Positions 14,155-22,258 are shown, numbered from the stretch's first letter. The stretch is 24,000 nt of DNA from Mechercharimyces sp. CAU 1602 (GCF_024753565.1 NZ_JANTPT010000001.1:1173969-1197968), one strand, 5' to 3'. Numbers and translations: made by a program. The notes: a model not told the origin generated them from the sequence alone.

Positions 14155-15048
14155 CTATTTCCCTCCCCATAAACGATAGTCTGGTCCCTGTACGGGATAA
14201 ATTCGACCATGTGACATCCCAAACAGCCTCGATGTTGCTCCTCCTCCAATCCGCTCTTCTAGGGTCTCTGAATCCTCGTTTGAGCTGTAGATAATCGGCA
14301 ACTTGGATTTATATCGCTCATTGATGATTTGAAAATACATGCTTTGTTTTGATTCGGTCGGGTTGCTCTTACCGATGTCATCCCAGACTAAGACAGGAAC
14401 CCTTGTCACCAGCCCTAGAATGCGATTCATCTCCACTCCCCCGTCACCGATCATCTTGGACTGCATCAACTCGTCCATGAATAACACGTCTGAGATGATC
14501 AACACTCGCCTCCCCTTTGCAATCAAGTCCTTCGCCATCGCCACTTGAAGATGCGTTTTCCCTAGCCCATAGTTGTTATGCTGTTTCTTCTTCTCTCTTC
14601 TCTCAGAAAGATTCTTGATAGATTTCATCCTCTGCTCACCGAACTTAGCAATAAAACCGATGCTTCGCCGATGCTCGTTCTTATCTTGTAATAGCTTAGG
14701 AAAGTCCCTCAAGTATTCCTGAGACGCATTGTACAGTGTTTTCTGCGCCCCGTTGCTCACTTTGTACTGATCAAACCAAGCCTCTTTGAATTCATCGGGA
14801 ATCATCGCTGCATGAAGCCTCTGCTTGGCTTGCTCACGAATCGAACATTCACACTGCCCAAGGTACTTCCACCTATCATCTGGATCGAGAAGGTACCCCA
14901 TCCCCTTACACGTTGGGCATTTAGTTCCCGAAGAGTCCGTCGAACTGGTCGTAGTATCCCTGTCCCGTTTCTTCTGCTTGAGCGCTTCGACCCTTGCCTG
15001 CAGTTGTTCCATCATCGGAGCTATGCTCTTCATCCCGTCTGCCTGCAT
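14155..15048 (-). CDS. DnaC/IstB-like AAA+ helicase loader
   Basis: Walker A is YGLGKTHL and Walker B is VLVWDDIG. An N-terminal CPTCKG...CEC motif is present. GGAGG lies 7 nt upstream of ATG 15048. Confidence 0.8.
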   Translation of the reverse strand: MQADGMKSIAPMMEQLQARVEALKQKKRDRDTTTSSTDSSGTKCPTCKGMGYLLDPDDRWKYLGQCECSIREQAKQRLHAAMIPDEFKEAWFDQYKVSNGAQKTLYNASQEYLRDFPKLLQDKNEHRRSIGFIAKFGEQRMKSIKNLSERREKKKQHNNYGLGKTHLQVAMAKDLIAKGRRVLIISDVLFMDELMQSKMIGDGGVEMNRILGLVTRVPVLVWDDIGKSNPTESKQSMYFQIINERYKSKLPIIYSSNEDSETLEERIGGGATSRLFGMSHGRIYPVQGPDYRLWGGK

Positions 15049-15838
15049 GAGACCCTACCTCCTTCGCTTTCATGGCTCGAATGACCGTGTCACAGTAAGC
15101 AAACGACTTGATGCTATCTCGTTTATGCTTCGGCTTGTAGTGGTCAAAGGCATGGTCAATCCCTCGTCTAACCTCATCAAGCGTAAATTTATCGTCGATC
15201 AACTCTTGAATTAATTGCATATCTTTTGCACACAACAGTGTCCCTTTGTTCCGTCTCTGAATAAAGTAAGCTTCTATCTCTTGATTCATGATTGGCGTTG
15301 ATGGAAGATCATTGTCCAACCAACGATCATCGTTTTGTTGTTTTGTTGGTTTGTTTTCTTTTCTTTTTTCTTCTCTTCCGTTAGTTTCTTTTAGGAGTGA
15401 GCCCTCACTGAGTCCTCCGTGAGTATTCAATGAGTGATTATCGTTGGATTCTTCAACCTCTATTTCTCCTCTCTCTTCTACCGGATTTTCAAGTGGATCT
15501 GCTTTACTAGGGGCAGGTAATTTTGATGCGGTTGAGCGATTTATTGTTTGATGCTTCGAGAAATTAGGTAATTGGATATAGGTCTGTCCATCCACCTTAT
15601 ATGAATGGATCATTCCTTTATCTTCAAGCTGTTTTAACCATTCACTGACTTGTACATGAGTGATGTGTGAGTCATACGGAAACAAAAGTGAGCTAATCAA
15701 TGCAGGGTGTCCGCTCAGTCTTCCTTCATCGTCTGCATTGCTTATCAAGCCCATAAATGTCATCCTTGCCATCGGTTCGCACGTGCCTAACTTTTCATCC
15801 GTCCAATAGTTGGGGTCAATCATTCGTTTCCGAGCCAT
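14921..15838 (-). CDS. Phage replisome organizer / DnaD-domain replication protein
   Basis: The N-terminus is MARKRMIDPNYWTDEKLGTCEPMARMTFMGLISNADDEGRL.... The C-terminus has a DnaD-like ...EAYFIQRR...LIQELIDDKFTLDEVRRGIDHAF.... The 3' 128 nt overlap the loader gene. Confidence 0.7.
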   Translation of the reverse strand: MARKRMIDPNYWTDEKLGTCEPMARMTFMGLISNADDEGRLSGHPALISSLLFPYDSHITHVQVSEWLKQLEDKGMIHSYKVDGQTYIQLPNFSKHQTINRSTASKLPAPSKADPLENPVEERGEIEVEESNDNHSLNTHGGLSEGSLLKETNGREEKRKENKPTKQQNDDRWLDNDLPSTPIMNQEIEAYFIQRRNKGTLLCAKDMQLIQELIDDKFTLDEVRRGIDHAFDHYKPKHKRDSIKSFAYCDTVIRAMKAKEVGSHAGRRDEEHSSDDGTTAGKGRSAQAEETGQGYYDQFDGLFGN

Positions 15839-15889
15839 TTTCTTTCCCCTCCCCCTAGATGAGGGCGACCGTAGCCGCCCTTTGCTTAC

Positions 15890-16093
15890 TTAAATCCGTG
15901 TCAGCTCCCGTGCGTACACAATTCCAATATTCGTACATCCATAGACCACTTCGTCATTCTGTCGACTCACCCAGCGCACCCCGCATTGCTCCTTGACACC
16001 CTCGACTACCAGCTTGTCCCCTCCCTTTAGATAATTCAGTCCTTCTCCCTCTCTATCGAACGTCCAGCGCACCTTATACTCATTTAATCCCAT
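15890..16093 (-). CDS. Hypothetical protein
   Basis: ATG 16093 has GAGGGGG 7 nt upstream. The longest ORF starts at 16135. Confidence 0.45.
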   Translation of the reverse strand: MGLNEYKVRWTFDREGEGLNYLKGGDKLVVEGVKEQCGVRWVSRQNDEVVYGCTNIGIVYARELTRI

Positions 16094-16293
16094 TGATCTA
16101 CCCCCTCTAGTAGAAATAGCTCCTCCAGTGCCCACTCGCTTCCCCTCACAAGGCTTGTAATTGCCTCAGTTTCCCCTAGCGCACATGCCTGTTTAATTGC
16201 TATTAAGTCACTTTCTAGCATTTCGTAGTAGTAGAGCCTCCGTTCAGATAATGGCGTATCTTTTATAAGCTGATTCCCACCCCACTCCTGCAT
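16084..16293 (-). CDS. Hypothetical protein
   Basis: ATG 16293 is preceded by AGGAGGTGGAGGAAG. The longest ORF starts at 16344. Confidence 0.45.
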   Translation of the reverse strand: MQEWGGNQLIKDTPLSERRLYYYEMLESDLIAIKQACALGETEAITSLVRGSEWALEELFLLEGVDQWD

Positions 16294-16306
16294 CTTCCTC
16301 CACCTC

Positions 16307-16525
16307 CTATAAGGACTCTTGTGCCGCTCGAACGGCTTGTCCAATCTTCATGCCTTTGTATAGAAGCCTATACTCCCCTTGGTAGTGGTTATAGACTTCC
16401 CATCTGTGTTTACCTTCACGGATCATCGTCCAGTGATCGAAGTGTCCATCCTCGCTGACAAGCTGAAAGTAGAACATCATCCCGTCGTAACGGCTGTGCG
16501 ACTCATGGGTTCGAATCTCACTCAT
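16307..16525 (-). CDS. Hypothetical protein
   Basis: 72-aa ORF whose start overlaps the upstream stop (ATGAGTGA). Confidence 0.5.
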   Translation of the reverse strand: MSEIRTHESHSRYDGMMFYFQLVSEDGHFDHWTMIREGKHRWEVYNHYQGEYRLLYKGMKIGQAVRAAQESL

Positions 16526-17348
16526 TGAGCCCCAACACCTCCGCTACCTCGTCCTCTTTCGGATCACTCACATCCAACACTTCAACTTCTTTCGCTTCGG
16601 CTTCATCTTCCTCAGATGGTGGTGCTATTAGCTCAAGTAGCTCCTCCTTGGTGTTGCTTTTGATATGCCCAATGAGCTCGTCCATTTCTGCTACAGTCGG
16701 CTCTCTGTCTCCAGGGTCTATGATCACATTGAGAAGCTGAACGATCTGTTCATCTGTGAGCCCCTTGTTTCGTCCGATTTGAAGGGCTTCTTTCTTCTTG
16801 AGAACGAGCGGATCTTGTTTCGACTGTTGTTGTGGTCTCTGCTGTTGATGCTGGTACTCTTGATGGTTGATCTCCTCGGCGGATACTTCACCGAATCCCA
16901 CCAAGTCGAGAATGGCACGGTTTTTCGCCCTCGTAATTGCGTGCGCTCGGATGTTGTGGATGGTTTGCTGCTTCTTTACTGGTTTTCCTTGTCTGTCTAC
17001 CTTTTCATCAAAGGAGCACGCCCCATCTGCCTCTTGATATGCCCCGGTTCCAAGATGGACGGCTCTTGCTTTTGCTAGCCAAGCGATGATCTTTCCATCT
17101 TCCTTCAAAGGCTCATCTTGGACAATTTCACACGATAGATTGAAGAAGCGTTGAACCTTGCGAACAAAGGATTTCTTGGGGTGACGTTTTTCTCCGATCT
17201 TTTGAAAGTCCTCATCCTGTCCTATCTTCTGTTTCAGCTCTTGATAAAGTCTGAACTGATTTACCGTCTCTTCAACTGATCCCGCTGGGGTAATCAGTCC
17301 AGCGGGTTGTTGCTGTTCAATGACTTGGACGCTATTCTCCTTGCTCAT
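16518..17348 (-). CDS. Hypothetical early protein with an acidic C-terminal tail; possibly a ssDNA-binding/annealing protein
   Basis: 276 aa, located in the recombination/replication module. Carries ...HNIRAHAITRAKNRAILDLVGFGEVSAEE... and a Q-rich then acidic tail. I recognise no definitive family, so the function is a guess from context. Confidence 0.6.
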   Translation of the reverse strand: MSKENSVQVIEQQQPAGLITPAGSVEETVNQFRLYQELKQKIGQDEDFQKIGEKRHPKKSFVRKVQRFFNLSCEIVQDEPLKEDGKIIAWLAKARAVHLGTGAYQEADGACSFDEKVDRQGKPVKKQQTIHNIRAHAITRAKNRAILDLVGFGEVSAEEINHQEYQHQQQRPQQQSKQDPLVLKKKEALQIGRNKGLTDEQIVQLLNVIIDPGDREPTVAEMDELIGHIKSNTKEELLELIAPPSEEDEAEAKEVEVLDVSDPKEDEVAEVLGLNE

Positions 17349-17467
17349 TTGACCTCGCCCCCAGCGGCTTTACAAAGTAGCTCGTCCAAACAGTCGTCAC
17401 ACACGTACAACTTTTCCCCGACTTGCGTGATGTGCTCTTCTTCCTCACAGTAGTAGCAACCGCTCAT
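17345..17467 (-). CDS. 40-aa CxxC...CxxC zinc-ribbon-like micro-protein
   Basis: Below the ORF-track length cutoff. Translation is MSGCYYCEEEEHITQVGEKLYVCDDCLDELLCKAAGGEVK. It has ATGA overlaps with both neighbours (17467 and 17345..17348). Confidence 0.45.
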   Translation of the reverse strand: MSGCYYCEEEEHITQVGEKLYVCDDCLDELLCKAAGGEVK

Positions 17468-17754
17468 CAGAACATCCCTCCTGGATCTGTTTCGCTCTCT
17501 ACAGACGGTTTTAACTCTCCCCAGCCCGATCTCCAGTCAACCATATACTTATAGTCGTCAATCCGTTTTACTTTCACGCTCCACATACCATAGCTGTAGG
17601 GATCATATCCCGTCTCGCAAACGATCTGAAAGACAAGCCTGTTGATCGATTCCTTGTCAACTATCCTCTCGTAACAGTTGACCCATACTGTATGTTCTAA
17701 ATGTCCACCACTGTCGCTATAGCAAGTACACGTTAGTTGATCAGTAATTTCCAT
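17467..17754 (-). CDS. Hypothetical protein, paralog of 17766..18038
   Basis: ATG 17754 has GAGGAG 7 nt upstream and lies 11 nt after the upstream stop. It shares ...DKESI[ND]R..FQ...Y.PY.Y.M..V.V.R...Y.V.W.S with its neighbour. Confidence 0.55.
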   Translation of the reverse strand: MEITDQLTCTCYSDSGGHLEHTVWVNCYERIVDKESINRLVFQIVCETGYDPYSYGMWSVKVKRIDDYKYMVDWRSGWGELKPSVESETDPGGMF

Positions 17755-17765
17755 CTCCACACTCC

Positions 17766-18038
17766 TCAATCGCATGTTGTCCATGAACCCCACGTGACAA
17801 TGTATTGATCCTCCTTCATTCTCTCTACTACCACGTTGAACATGTCGTATCCGTATGGGCTATATCGAACGGACTCAGCTACTTGAAAAGCAAATCTATC
17901 AATAGACTCTTTGTCCTCTTCAATTGGATCGCTAACCGTCACATGCGCCTCATGTTGCAGGTATCCTCCGATCGAAACATAGCGCTTATTGTGATGGGTG
18001 ACTTCGAATGTGGCTGTTTTCAAGTGATCATCTCCCAT
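17766..18038 (-). CDS. Hypothetical protein, paralog of 17467..17754
   Basis: 90-aa ORF. See the paralog motif above. Confidence 0.55.
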   Translation of the reverse strand: MGDDHLKTATFEVTHHNKRYVSIGGYLQHEAHVTVSDPIEEDKESIDRFAFQVAESVRYSPYGYDMFNVVVERMKEDQYIVTWGSWTTCD

Positions 18039-18207
18039 TCTCAGTAGGCTGACGATACCCTCAATGACATCTCCGTCACTTATGACGGAAAAACATACAA
18101 AGAGAGTAATTGGAAAAGTTTAAAAAGGATGTTGTTCGAAAAGGCACTGATCCCCATCATTGTGGGTATATTGTGTATCATCATCACGTCAATAGTGAAA
18201 GATTGAC

Positions 18208-18306
18208 TCAGCGGCGGTTGTCCATAAGACATTGGATCACAAGTGAAATCAAAACTGCTATTACAAAGTTGAGCGCAATCAAGGCTCCGTCAGTCATACA
18301 CCCCAT
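18208..18306 (-). CDS. 32-aa hydrophobic micro-peptide
   Basis: GAGGAGG lies 8 nt upstream of ATG 18306. Translation is MGCMTDGALIALNFVIAVLISLVIQCLMDNRR: one TM helix plus a charged C-terminus. Confidence 0.4.
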   Translation of the reverse strand: MGCMTDGALIALNFVIAVLISLVIQCLMDNRR

Positions 18307-18385
18307 GAGTTAAGCCTCCTCTTGTCCTATCACTTGAAATATGATAGGATTCTGTTAGTTGAACTTTTGGAAGCTCAAGTTTCCG

Positions 18386-18496
18386 CTACCGCTCCAATCG
18401 GTGGCGGTTTTTCATTTGTTCCAGGCTCTTTTGGCGTAATTGATTCATCTGTTCGCTCCAACTGAGCTTGCGCCATTCCCCAACCTTGACGTTCAT
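18386..18496 (-). CDS. 36-aa basic micro-protein
   Basis: AGGGAGGTG lies 5 nt upstream, and the start forms an ATGA overlap with the 18493 stop. Translation is MNVKVGEWRKLSWSEQMNQLRQKSLEQMKNRHRLER. Confidence 0.35.
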   Translation of the reverse strand: MNVKVGEWRKLSWSEQMNQLRQKSLEQMKNRHRLER

Positions 18497-18693
18497 TTGA
18501 TCACCTCCCTTTCTTTCTCGTTCTTTTTAATAAGCTGATGTGCACATGCTTCACTGCACAATAGAAACTCCCCATCGTACAGTTCAAAAAACTCCTCATC
18601 CACAGCTCTCATAGATATTCGAATCCACCAAGCGTTGCAATCTTTCTCCGTCTTCCCACAGATGTCACATTCGTAGTACGTTCCCATTGCCAT
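18493..18693 (-). CDS. Small Cys-rich (zinc-ribbon-like) protein
   Basis: ATG 18693 has AAAGGAG 8 nt upstream and lies 14 nt after the antirepressor stop. Translation begins MAMGTYYECDICGKTEKDCNAWW...LLCSEACAHQ. The longest ORF starts at 18771. Confidence 0.5.
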   Translation of the reverse strand: MAMGTYYECDICGKTEKDCNAWWIRISMRAVDEEFFELYDGEFLLCSEACAHQLIKKNEKEREVIK

Positions 18694-18706
18694 GTGACCA
18701 GCTCCT

Positions 18707-19432
18707 TTATTGTGCTTTTTGCTGATTGAGCATCTTGTCCGCGACACGAATCGCATCATCCAAGCGATCAACTCTTGATAAGTACTCCGGCATGGTCAGC
18801 TTCTTGATGCTATGTTTGTATTTGTAGTTCTCAATCAACATGGTCAGGTTGGTACGATACGCTGTGTTAAACGCCTGCCTGAAATCATGCCACCCTTTCT
18901 GGAAGCCTAGTCCATTATCTGTCGAATACTTCCTCACCATGGCGTTTAAGCGTTGTTGCGGATCACCAATGGTATCGAGCTTGTCCAAGTTGTCGATACG
19001 ATGATGCGCTGCCTCTGCTTTGTCCTCCAATCGTTTGATTCGCTTCTCGTTGTCGACGTTCTGTTGAGCGAGCATCAGAATCAATTCAGATTGGCTCGGT
19101 TGTTCCTTTTGATATTGTCCGGTTTTTCGGATGGTTGGGATAACTTCATGTGTAATCCACCGTTTGAATGTTTTCGCTTCGGGTTTGCGACTTCTCAGGA
19201 TGAGTGTATATAGTCCTGGTTCATTGATAGCAGCTACTTCTTGCTTGCCTCCAAGGGTGTCCACTAATACCGACCCCCTTTCATCATCATCCAATCGATA
19301 AACGGCATCCCGATGATTGCTAATATCCAGCACCTCACATACATCCTTAGCGACAAACCAAGGTTCCCCGTTTTGGGTGAGCGTTCTCACATCTGAACCG
19401 TTGTAGTCGAACACTCGCTGAAGCTTGTCCAT
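18707..19432 (-). CDS. Prophage antirepressor (Bro-N domain + C-terminal antirepressor domain)
   Basis: The N-terminus ...FDYNGSDVRTLTQNGEPWFVAKDVCEVLDISNHRDAV... is Bro-N-like. Confidence 0.8.
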   Translation of the reverse strand: MDKLQRVFDYNGSDVRTLTQNGEPWFVAKDVCEVLDISNHRDAVYRLDDDERGSVLVDTLGGKQEVAAINEPGLYTLILRSRKPEAKTFKRWITHEVIPTIRKTGQYQKEQPSQSELILMLAQQNVDNEKRIKRLEDKAEAAHHRIDNLDKLDTIGDPQQRLNAMVRKYSTDNGLGFQKGWHDFRQAFNTAYRTNLTMLIENYKYKHSIKKLTMPEYLSRVDRLDDAIRVADKMLNQQKAQ

Positions 19433-19510
19433 CTCCTCATCTCCCTCCTAGGCTCGTCCACTGTGCCGAGCCGAAGCTCGGTCATATCTGAAGGTCACAA
19501 TCAATGGCGT

Positions 19511-19741
19511 TCACTTTGGATTAGGTTCATTTTTCTGTTCGTTTTGAACAATACTCCTATAGCAGGAAGACATTGCATTGTTCAAATTAAGAACAAATGG
19601 ATTTTTCTTGGCATATTCTTCACGAAACCACTCTTCTTGCTCTTCATCACTCATCCATGAAAATATAGAATGTACTATGCAGCGAGTATTCCCAAATTTA
19701 TATTCTTTAGGCTTTTTATAGTCTGAATTACTTTCCTTCAT
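19511..19741 (-). CDS. Hypothetical protein
   Basis: ATG 19741 has AGGTGGG 7 nt upstream. Translation begins MKESNSDYKKPKEYKFGNTRCIVHS...MSDEEQEEWF.... The longest ORF starts at 19852 and would overlap cro. Confidence 0.5.
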   Translation of the reverse strand: MKESNSDYKKPKEYKFGNTRCIVHSIFSWMSDEEQEEWFREEYAKKNPFVLNLNNAMSSCYRSIVQNEQKNEPNPK

Positions 19742-19824
19742 TTTGAATCCCACCTGCTTTGTAACCTCTATGGGATATCTTATGTGATGTGGACATAAGT
19801 ACAGGCATTCAAATCCTCCTATTT

Positions 19825-20046
19825 TCATGCAATCGTATGATTCTTTTCGCATCTAGTCTCTTCAAAAAAATTTTCCCACCTAAAGCCTAAAGCATTTGCT
19901 ACTTTTTTTGCTGAAGTAATACTGGGGTTCCTAATACCTTGCTCGTACTGACTGTAAGTTGATCTATGCACTCCAGCTTTATCTGCTATATCTTGTTGCG
20001 TATATCCCTGGCTCTTTCGAATATCTACTAGCCATTTCCGTTTCAT
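19825..20046 (-). CDS. Cro-like XRE-family HTH regulator
   Basis: 73 aa with ...SQGYTQQDIADKAGVHRSTYSQYEQGIRNPS.... It is divergent from the cI-like gene. Confidence 0.85.
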   Translation of the reverse strand: MKRKWLVDIRKSQGYTQQDIADKAGVHRSTYSQYEQGIRNPSITSAKKVANALGFRWENFFEETRCEKNHTIA

Positions 20047-20070
20047 TAACTCATCATGCCTCCCTGTATG

Positions 20071-20126
20071 TTTCTTTTCGCATCATTCATTAAATTCATT
20101 ATATGATGCGAAAAGAAACAAGTCAA
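20071..20126 (-). promoter_or_regulatory. Early (Pcro/PR-like) promoter with an operator inverted repeat
   Basis: Minus strand has TTGACT (20126..20121), a 17-nt spacer, then TATAAT (20103..20098). A perfect 16-bp inverted repeat TTTCTTTTCGCATCAT (20071..20086) / ATGATGCGAAAAGAAA (20103..20118) straddles the -10 and start site. Confidence 0.7.
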
Positions 20127-20182
20127 CAACATTTTTGGTTCTATTCGAAACTTATTTTCCGTTAAAATCCAATCCTTTTCCC

Positions 20183-20211
20183 TTTACTTGATGCTATTAG
20201 CATCATATAAT
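20183..20211 (+). promoter_or_regulatory. Repressor (PRM-like) promoter with an operator palindrome
   Basis: TTTACT (20183..20188), a 17-nt spacer, then TATAAT (20206..20211). The palindrome GATGCTATTAGCATC (20190..20204) lies in the spacer. It shares the ATGATGC/GCATCAT half-site with the Pcro operator. Confidence 0.6.
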
Positions 20212-20250
20212 GATGATATGCCTATATAGACTTGGAAGGAATGAATTCAA

Positions 20251-20613
20251 TTGAAACTTGGTGATCGGCTTAGAAAGTTACGCAGTAGACGAAAAATATC
20301 GCAACAGGAACTTTCTCACCGTTTAAATATAAATCGAGTCACATACAGCCAATATGAAACCAATCGCAGACATCCTGATTACGAGACTCTGCAAAAACTG
20401 AGTGAGTTTTTCTCAGTTTCTACAGATTATCTTCTGGGTCGCGAAGAACACCAACCCACTCTTTTGAGCATGGAAGAGTTTCTTGATCAAGATAACATCA
20501 TGTGGGATGAGAACACTCCTGCACATCCTGAAGGAATCGAGTATTTTAAACAGCTTTTAAAGCTCGCTAAATTAGAAGCCCAAAAAAACACAAACGATAA
20601 TGAATCGAAATAG
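20251..20613 (+). CDS. CI-like XRE-family repressor
   Basis: TTG start with GGAAGGA 10 nt upstream. Translation begins MKLGDRLRKLRSRRKISQQELSHRLNINRVTYSQYETNRR...STDYLLG. It is directly followed by int. Confidence 0.85.
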   Translation: MKLGDRLRKLRSRRKISQQELSHRLNINRVTYSQYETNRRHPDYETLQKLSEFFSVSTDYLLGREEHQPTLLSMEEFLDQDNIMWDENTPAHPEGIEYFKQLLKLAKLEAQKNTNDNESK

Positions 20614-20622
20614 GTGAGATTA

Positions 20623-22158
20623 ATGAACAGACCAAAGAATCTCGATGTATTTATCTATCTCCGCAAATCACGAACAGATGAAGAAGAGGAGCGAAAAGCT
20701 ATTGAGGAAGGTAATCATTTTGATACTTTAGATAGGCACCGCAAACAACTATTAGATCTTGCGCGTAAAGAGGGGCACTCAATCATTGAGATTTTTCAGG
20801 AAGTGGTATCCGGAGAATATATCATCGAGCGACCTGAAATTCAACGCATGCTTCGCCAAGTAGAGTCTGGAGCAGTCGAGGCAATCTTAATTGTGGACTT
20901 AGATCGTTTAGGGCGTGGTGATATGTTTGACATGGGCAGTATTTATCGTGCTGTTCAGCATAGTGATACTTTAATAGTTACTCCTAATGAGATTATAGAC
21001 CCAAACGATGAAGGCGCAGAGCTTCTTTTTGGAGTTAAATCACTTATTTCTCGTGAAGAATTAAAATCCATCACAAAACGAATGCAAAGAGGCAGGATTG
21101 CTTCAGTCAACGAGGGGAAATCCATCTCAAAGAAACCCCCATATGGCTACCTACGGGACAACAATCATAAATTATACCCTGATCCAGATACAGCCTGGGT
21201 CGTCAAAAAAATATTCGAGTTGTGCGCTACAGGCTTCGGCAGATTAAGTATCCTCAATGAATTGCAAAACTTAGGCATCCCTAGCCCTGGTAACGCTCCC
21301 TATTGGAATGTAGTTACTATAAAAAACATACTGATGAACGAAGCCTACCTTGGACACATTGTATGGGGGAAGACTAAGTTTAAGAAAATAAATGGAAAAA
21401 CAACCTCAAAAAAATTACCAAAAGAAAAGTGGAATATAAAAGAAAACGCTCATGAGCCCCTAATCGACCAAGAGTTATGGGACAAAGCTCATGCCTCGTA
21501 TGGTCTGGATAGCCCACGAACTAAACCAGGCAAGACCTTGAAAAACCCATTAGCTGGAGTTCTCTACTGTCGTATTTGCGGATACTCAATGCATAGAAAA
21601 TCAGATAAAAACAACTGCGCCATGGTTAGGTGCTTGAGCCCTGGCTGTATAGGTATACAGAAGTCAGCCTTACTAAGGCTAGTGGAAACTAGGATCTTAG
21701 AATCTGTAGAACAGACAATAACGAGTTACAAATTGGGTGCAGTAGAAACTCAAGAAGATGATTCTTCACTTTCCATGAAAAAAGCCGTGATTATCAAGAA
21801 AGAAGGAGAGATTAAAAAACTCCAGAACCAAAAAGAGAAATTGCATGACCTTCTCGAACAAGGAATATATGACGTTAGTACATTTTTGGAGAGACAATCT
21901 AAGCTTACCGAAAAAATAAAGGCAAACTCTGACCATATAAAAAACCTCAAAGATGAGGTTGATCTGAAGACAGAGAGTCAAAAAAAACAAAAAGAATTAA
22001 TACCTAAATTACAAAATATAACTGATAGATACGAAGATACAACTGATGTGGAAGAAAAAAACAAGCTACTAAAGTCGGTGATTAAAAAGGTTTTGTTTAG
22101 TCGAACAAAGCGAACAAAGAAGGATGACTTTGAGTTAGAAATATTCTTCCACATATAA
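20623..22158 (+). CDS. Large serine recombinase (phage integrase, SPbeta SprA-like)
   Basis: Carries VFIYLRKSRTDEE (catalytic Ser context), ...IVDLDRLGRG..., the recombinase-domain PPYGY, the Cys cluster CRICGYSM...C..VRC..PGC, and a long K/E-rich coiled-coil tail. ATG 20623 is preferred (AGGTGAG upstream); the ORF track starts at GTG 20614. Confidence 0.9.
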   Translation: MNRPKNLDVFIYLRKSRTDEEEERKAIEEGNHFDTLDRHRKQLLDLARKEGHSIIEIFQEVVSGEYIIERPEIQRMLRQVESGAVEAILIVDLDRLGRGDMFDMGSIYRAVQHSDTLIVTPNEIIDPNDEGAELLFGVKSLISREELKSITKRMQRGRIASVNEGKSISKKPPYGYLRDNNHKLYPDPDTAWVVKKIFELCATGFGRLSILNELQNLGIPSPGNAPYWNVVTIKNILMNEAYLGHIVWGKTKFKKINGKTTSKKLPKEKWNIKENAHEPLIDQELWDKAHASYGLDSPRTKPGKTLKNPLAGVLYCRICGYSMHRKSDKNNCAMVRCLSPGCIGIQKSALLRLVETRILESVEQTITSYKLGAVETQEDDSSLSMKKAVIIKKEGEIKKLQNQKEKLHDLLEQGIYDVSTFLERQSKLTEKIKANSDHIKNLKDEVDLKTESQKKQKELIPKLQNITDRYEDTTDVEEKNKLLKSVIKKVLFSRTKRTKKDDFELEIFFHI

Positions 22159-22200
22159 ACCCTCACAGAGCCTCCATACTTTTCTTCAGAACTCCCCTAA
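22150..22200. other. Approximate prophage/host junction (attR-type site)
   Basis: The integrase stop is at 22156..22158. The MurF-like frame appears recognisable from about 22172 (LHTFL...). The core dinucleotide cannot be defined without the other junction. Confidence 0.45.
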
Positions 22201-22258
22201 ATCAAACGGGTATCATCTAAATCTAAATACTGTCTCGTTCCTTCCTCGATATCTAACT

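Larger units (their letters stand above)
1..22170. mobile_element. Prophage (right arm: lysogeny, early, replication, cargo and packaging modules); continues beyond the left edge, right junction at about 22150-22175
   Basis: Uninterrupted phage gene order: int, cI, cro, antirepressor, replication genes, rusA, arpU, terS, terL, portal. The MurF-like host reading frame starts right after the integrase stop codon. Confidence 0.85.

Noticed and set aside
18110-18313. 67-aa plus-strand His/Arg-rich ORF
   Set aside because: It has a TTG start without an RBS and runs fully antisense to a better-supported minus-strand micro-ORF. Its composition looks non-coding.
18383-18412. Plus-strand terminator-like hairpin (CCGCTACCG / CGGTGGCGG followed by T5)
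   Set aside because: It lies inside a translationally coupled 36-aa minus-strand ORF (18386..18496), and no convincing plus-strand gene or promoter lies upstream. I kept it only as weak context for the micro-ORF finding.
21750-22166. Three minus-strand ORFs (21750..21950, 21766..21990, 21978..22166) at the integrase 3' end, considered as a possible excisionase/RDF
   Set aside because: They are antisense to the A-rich coiled-coil-coding part of the integrase gene, are Phe/Leu/Ser-rich and have no RBS. They are typical shadow ORFs of K/E-rich coding sequence.
22159-22258. Looked for a tRNA/tmRNA gene as the integration target at the prophage end
   Set aside because: No cloverleaf-compatible sequence is present. 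The region instead continues a Mur-ligase reading frame.
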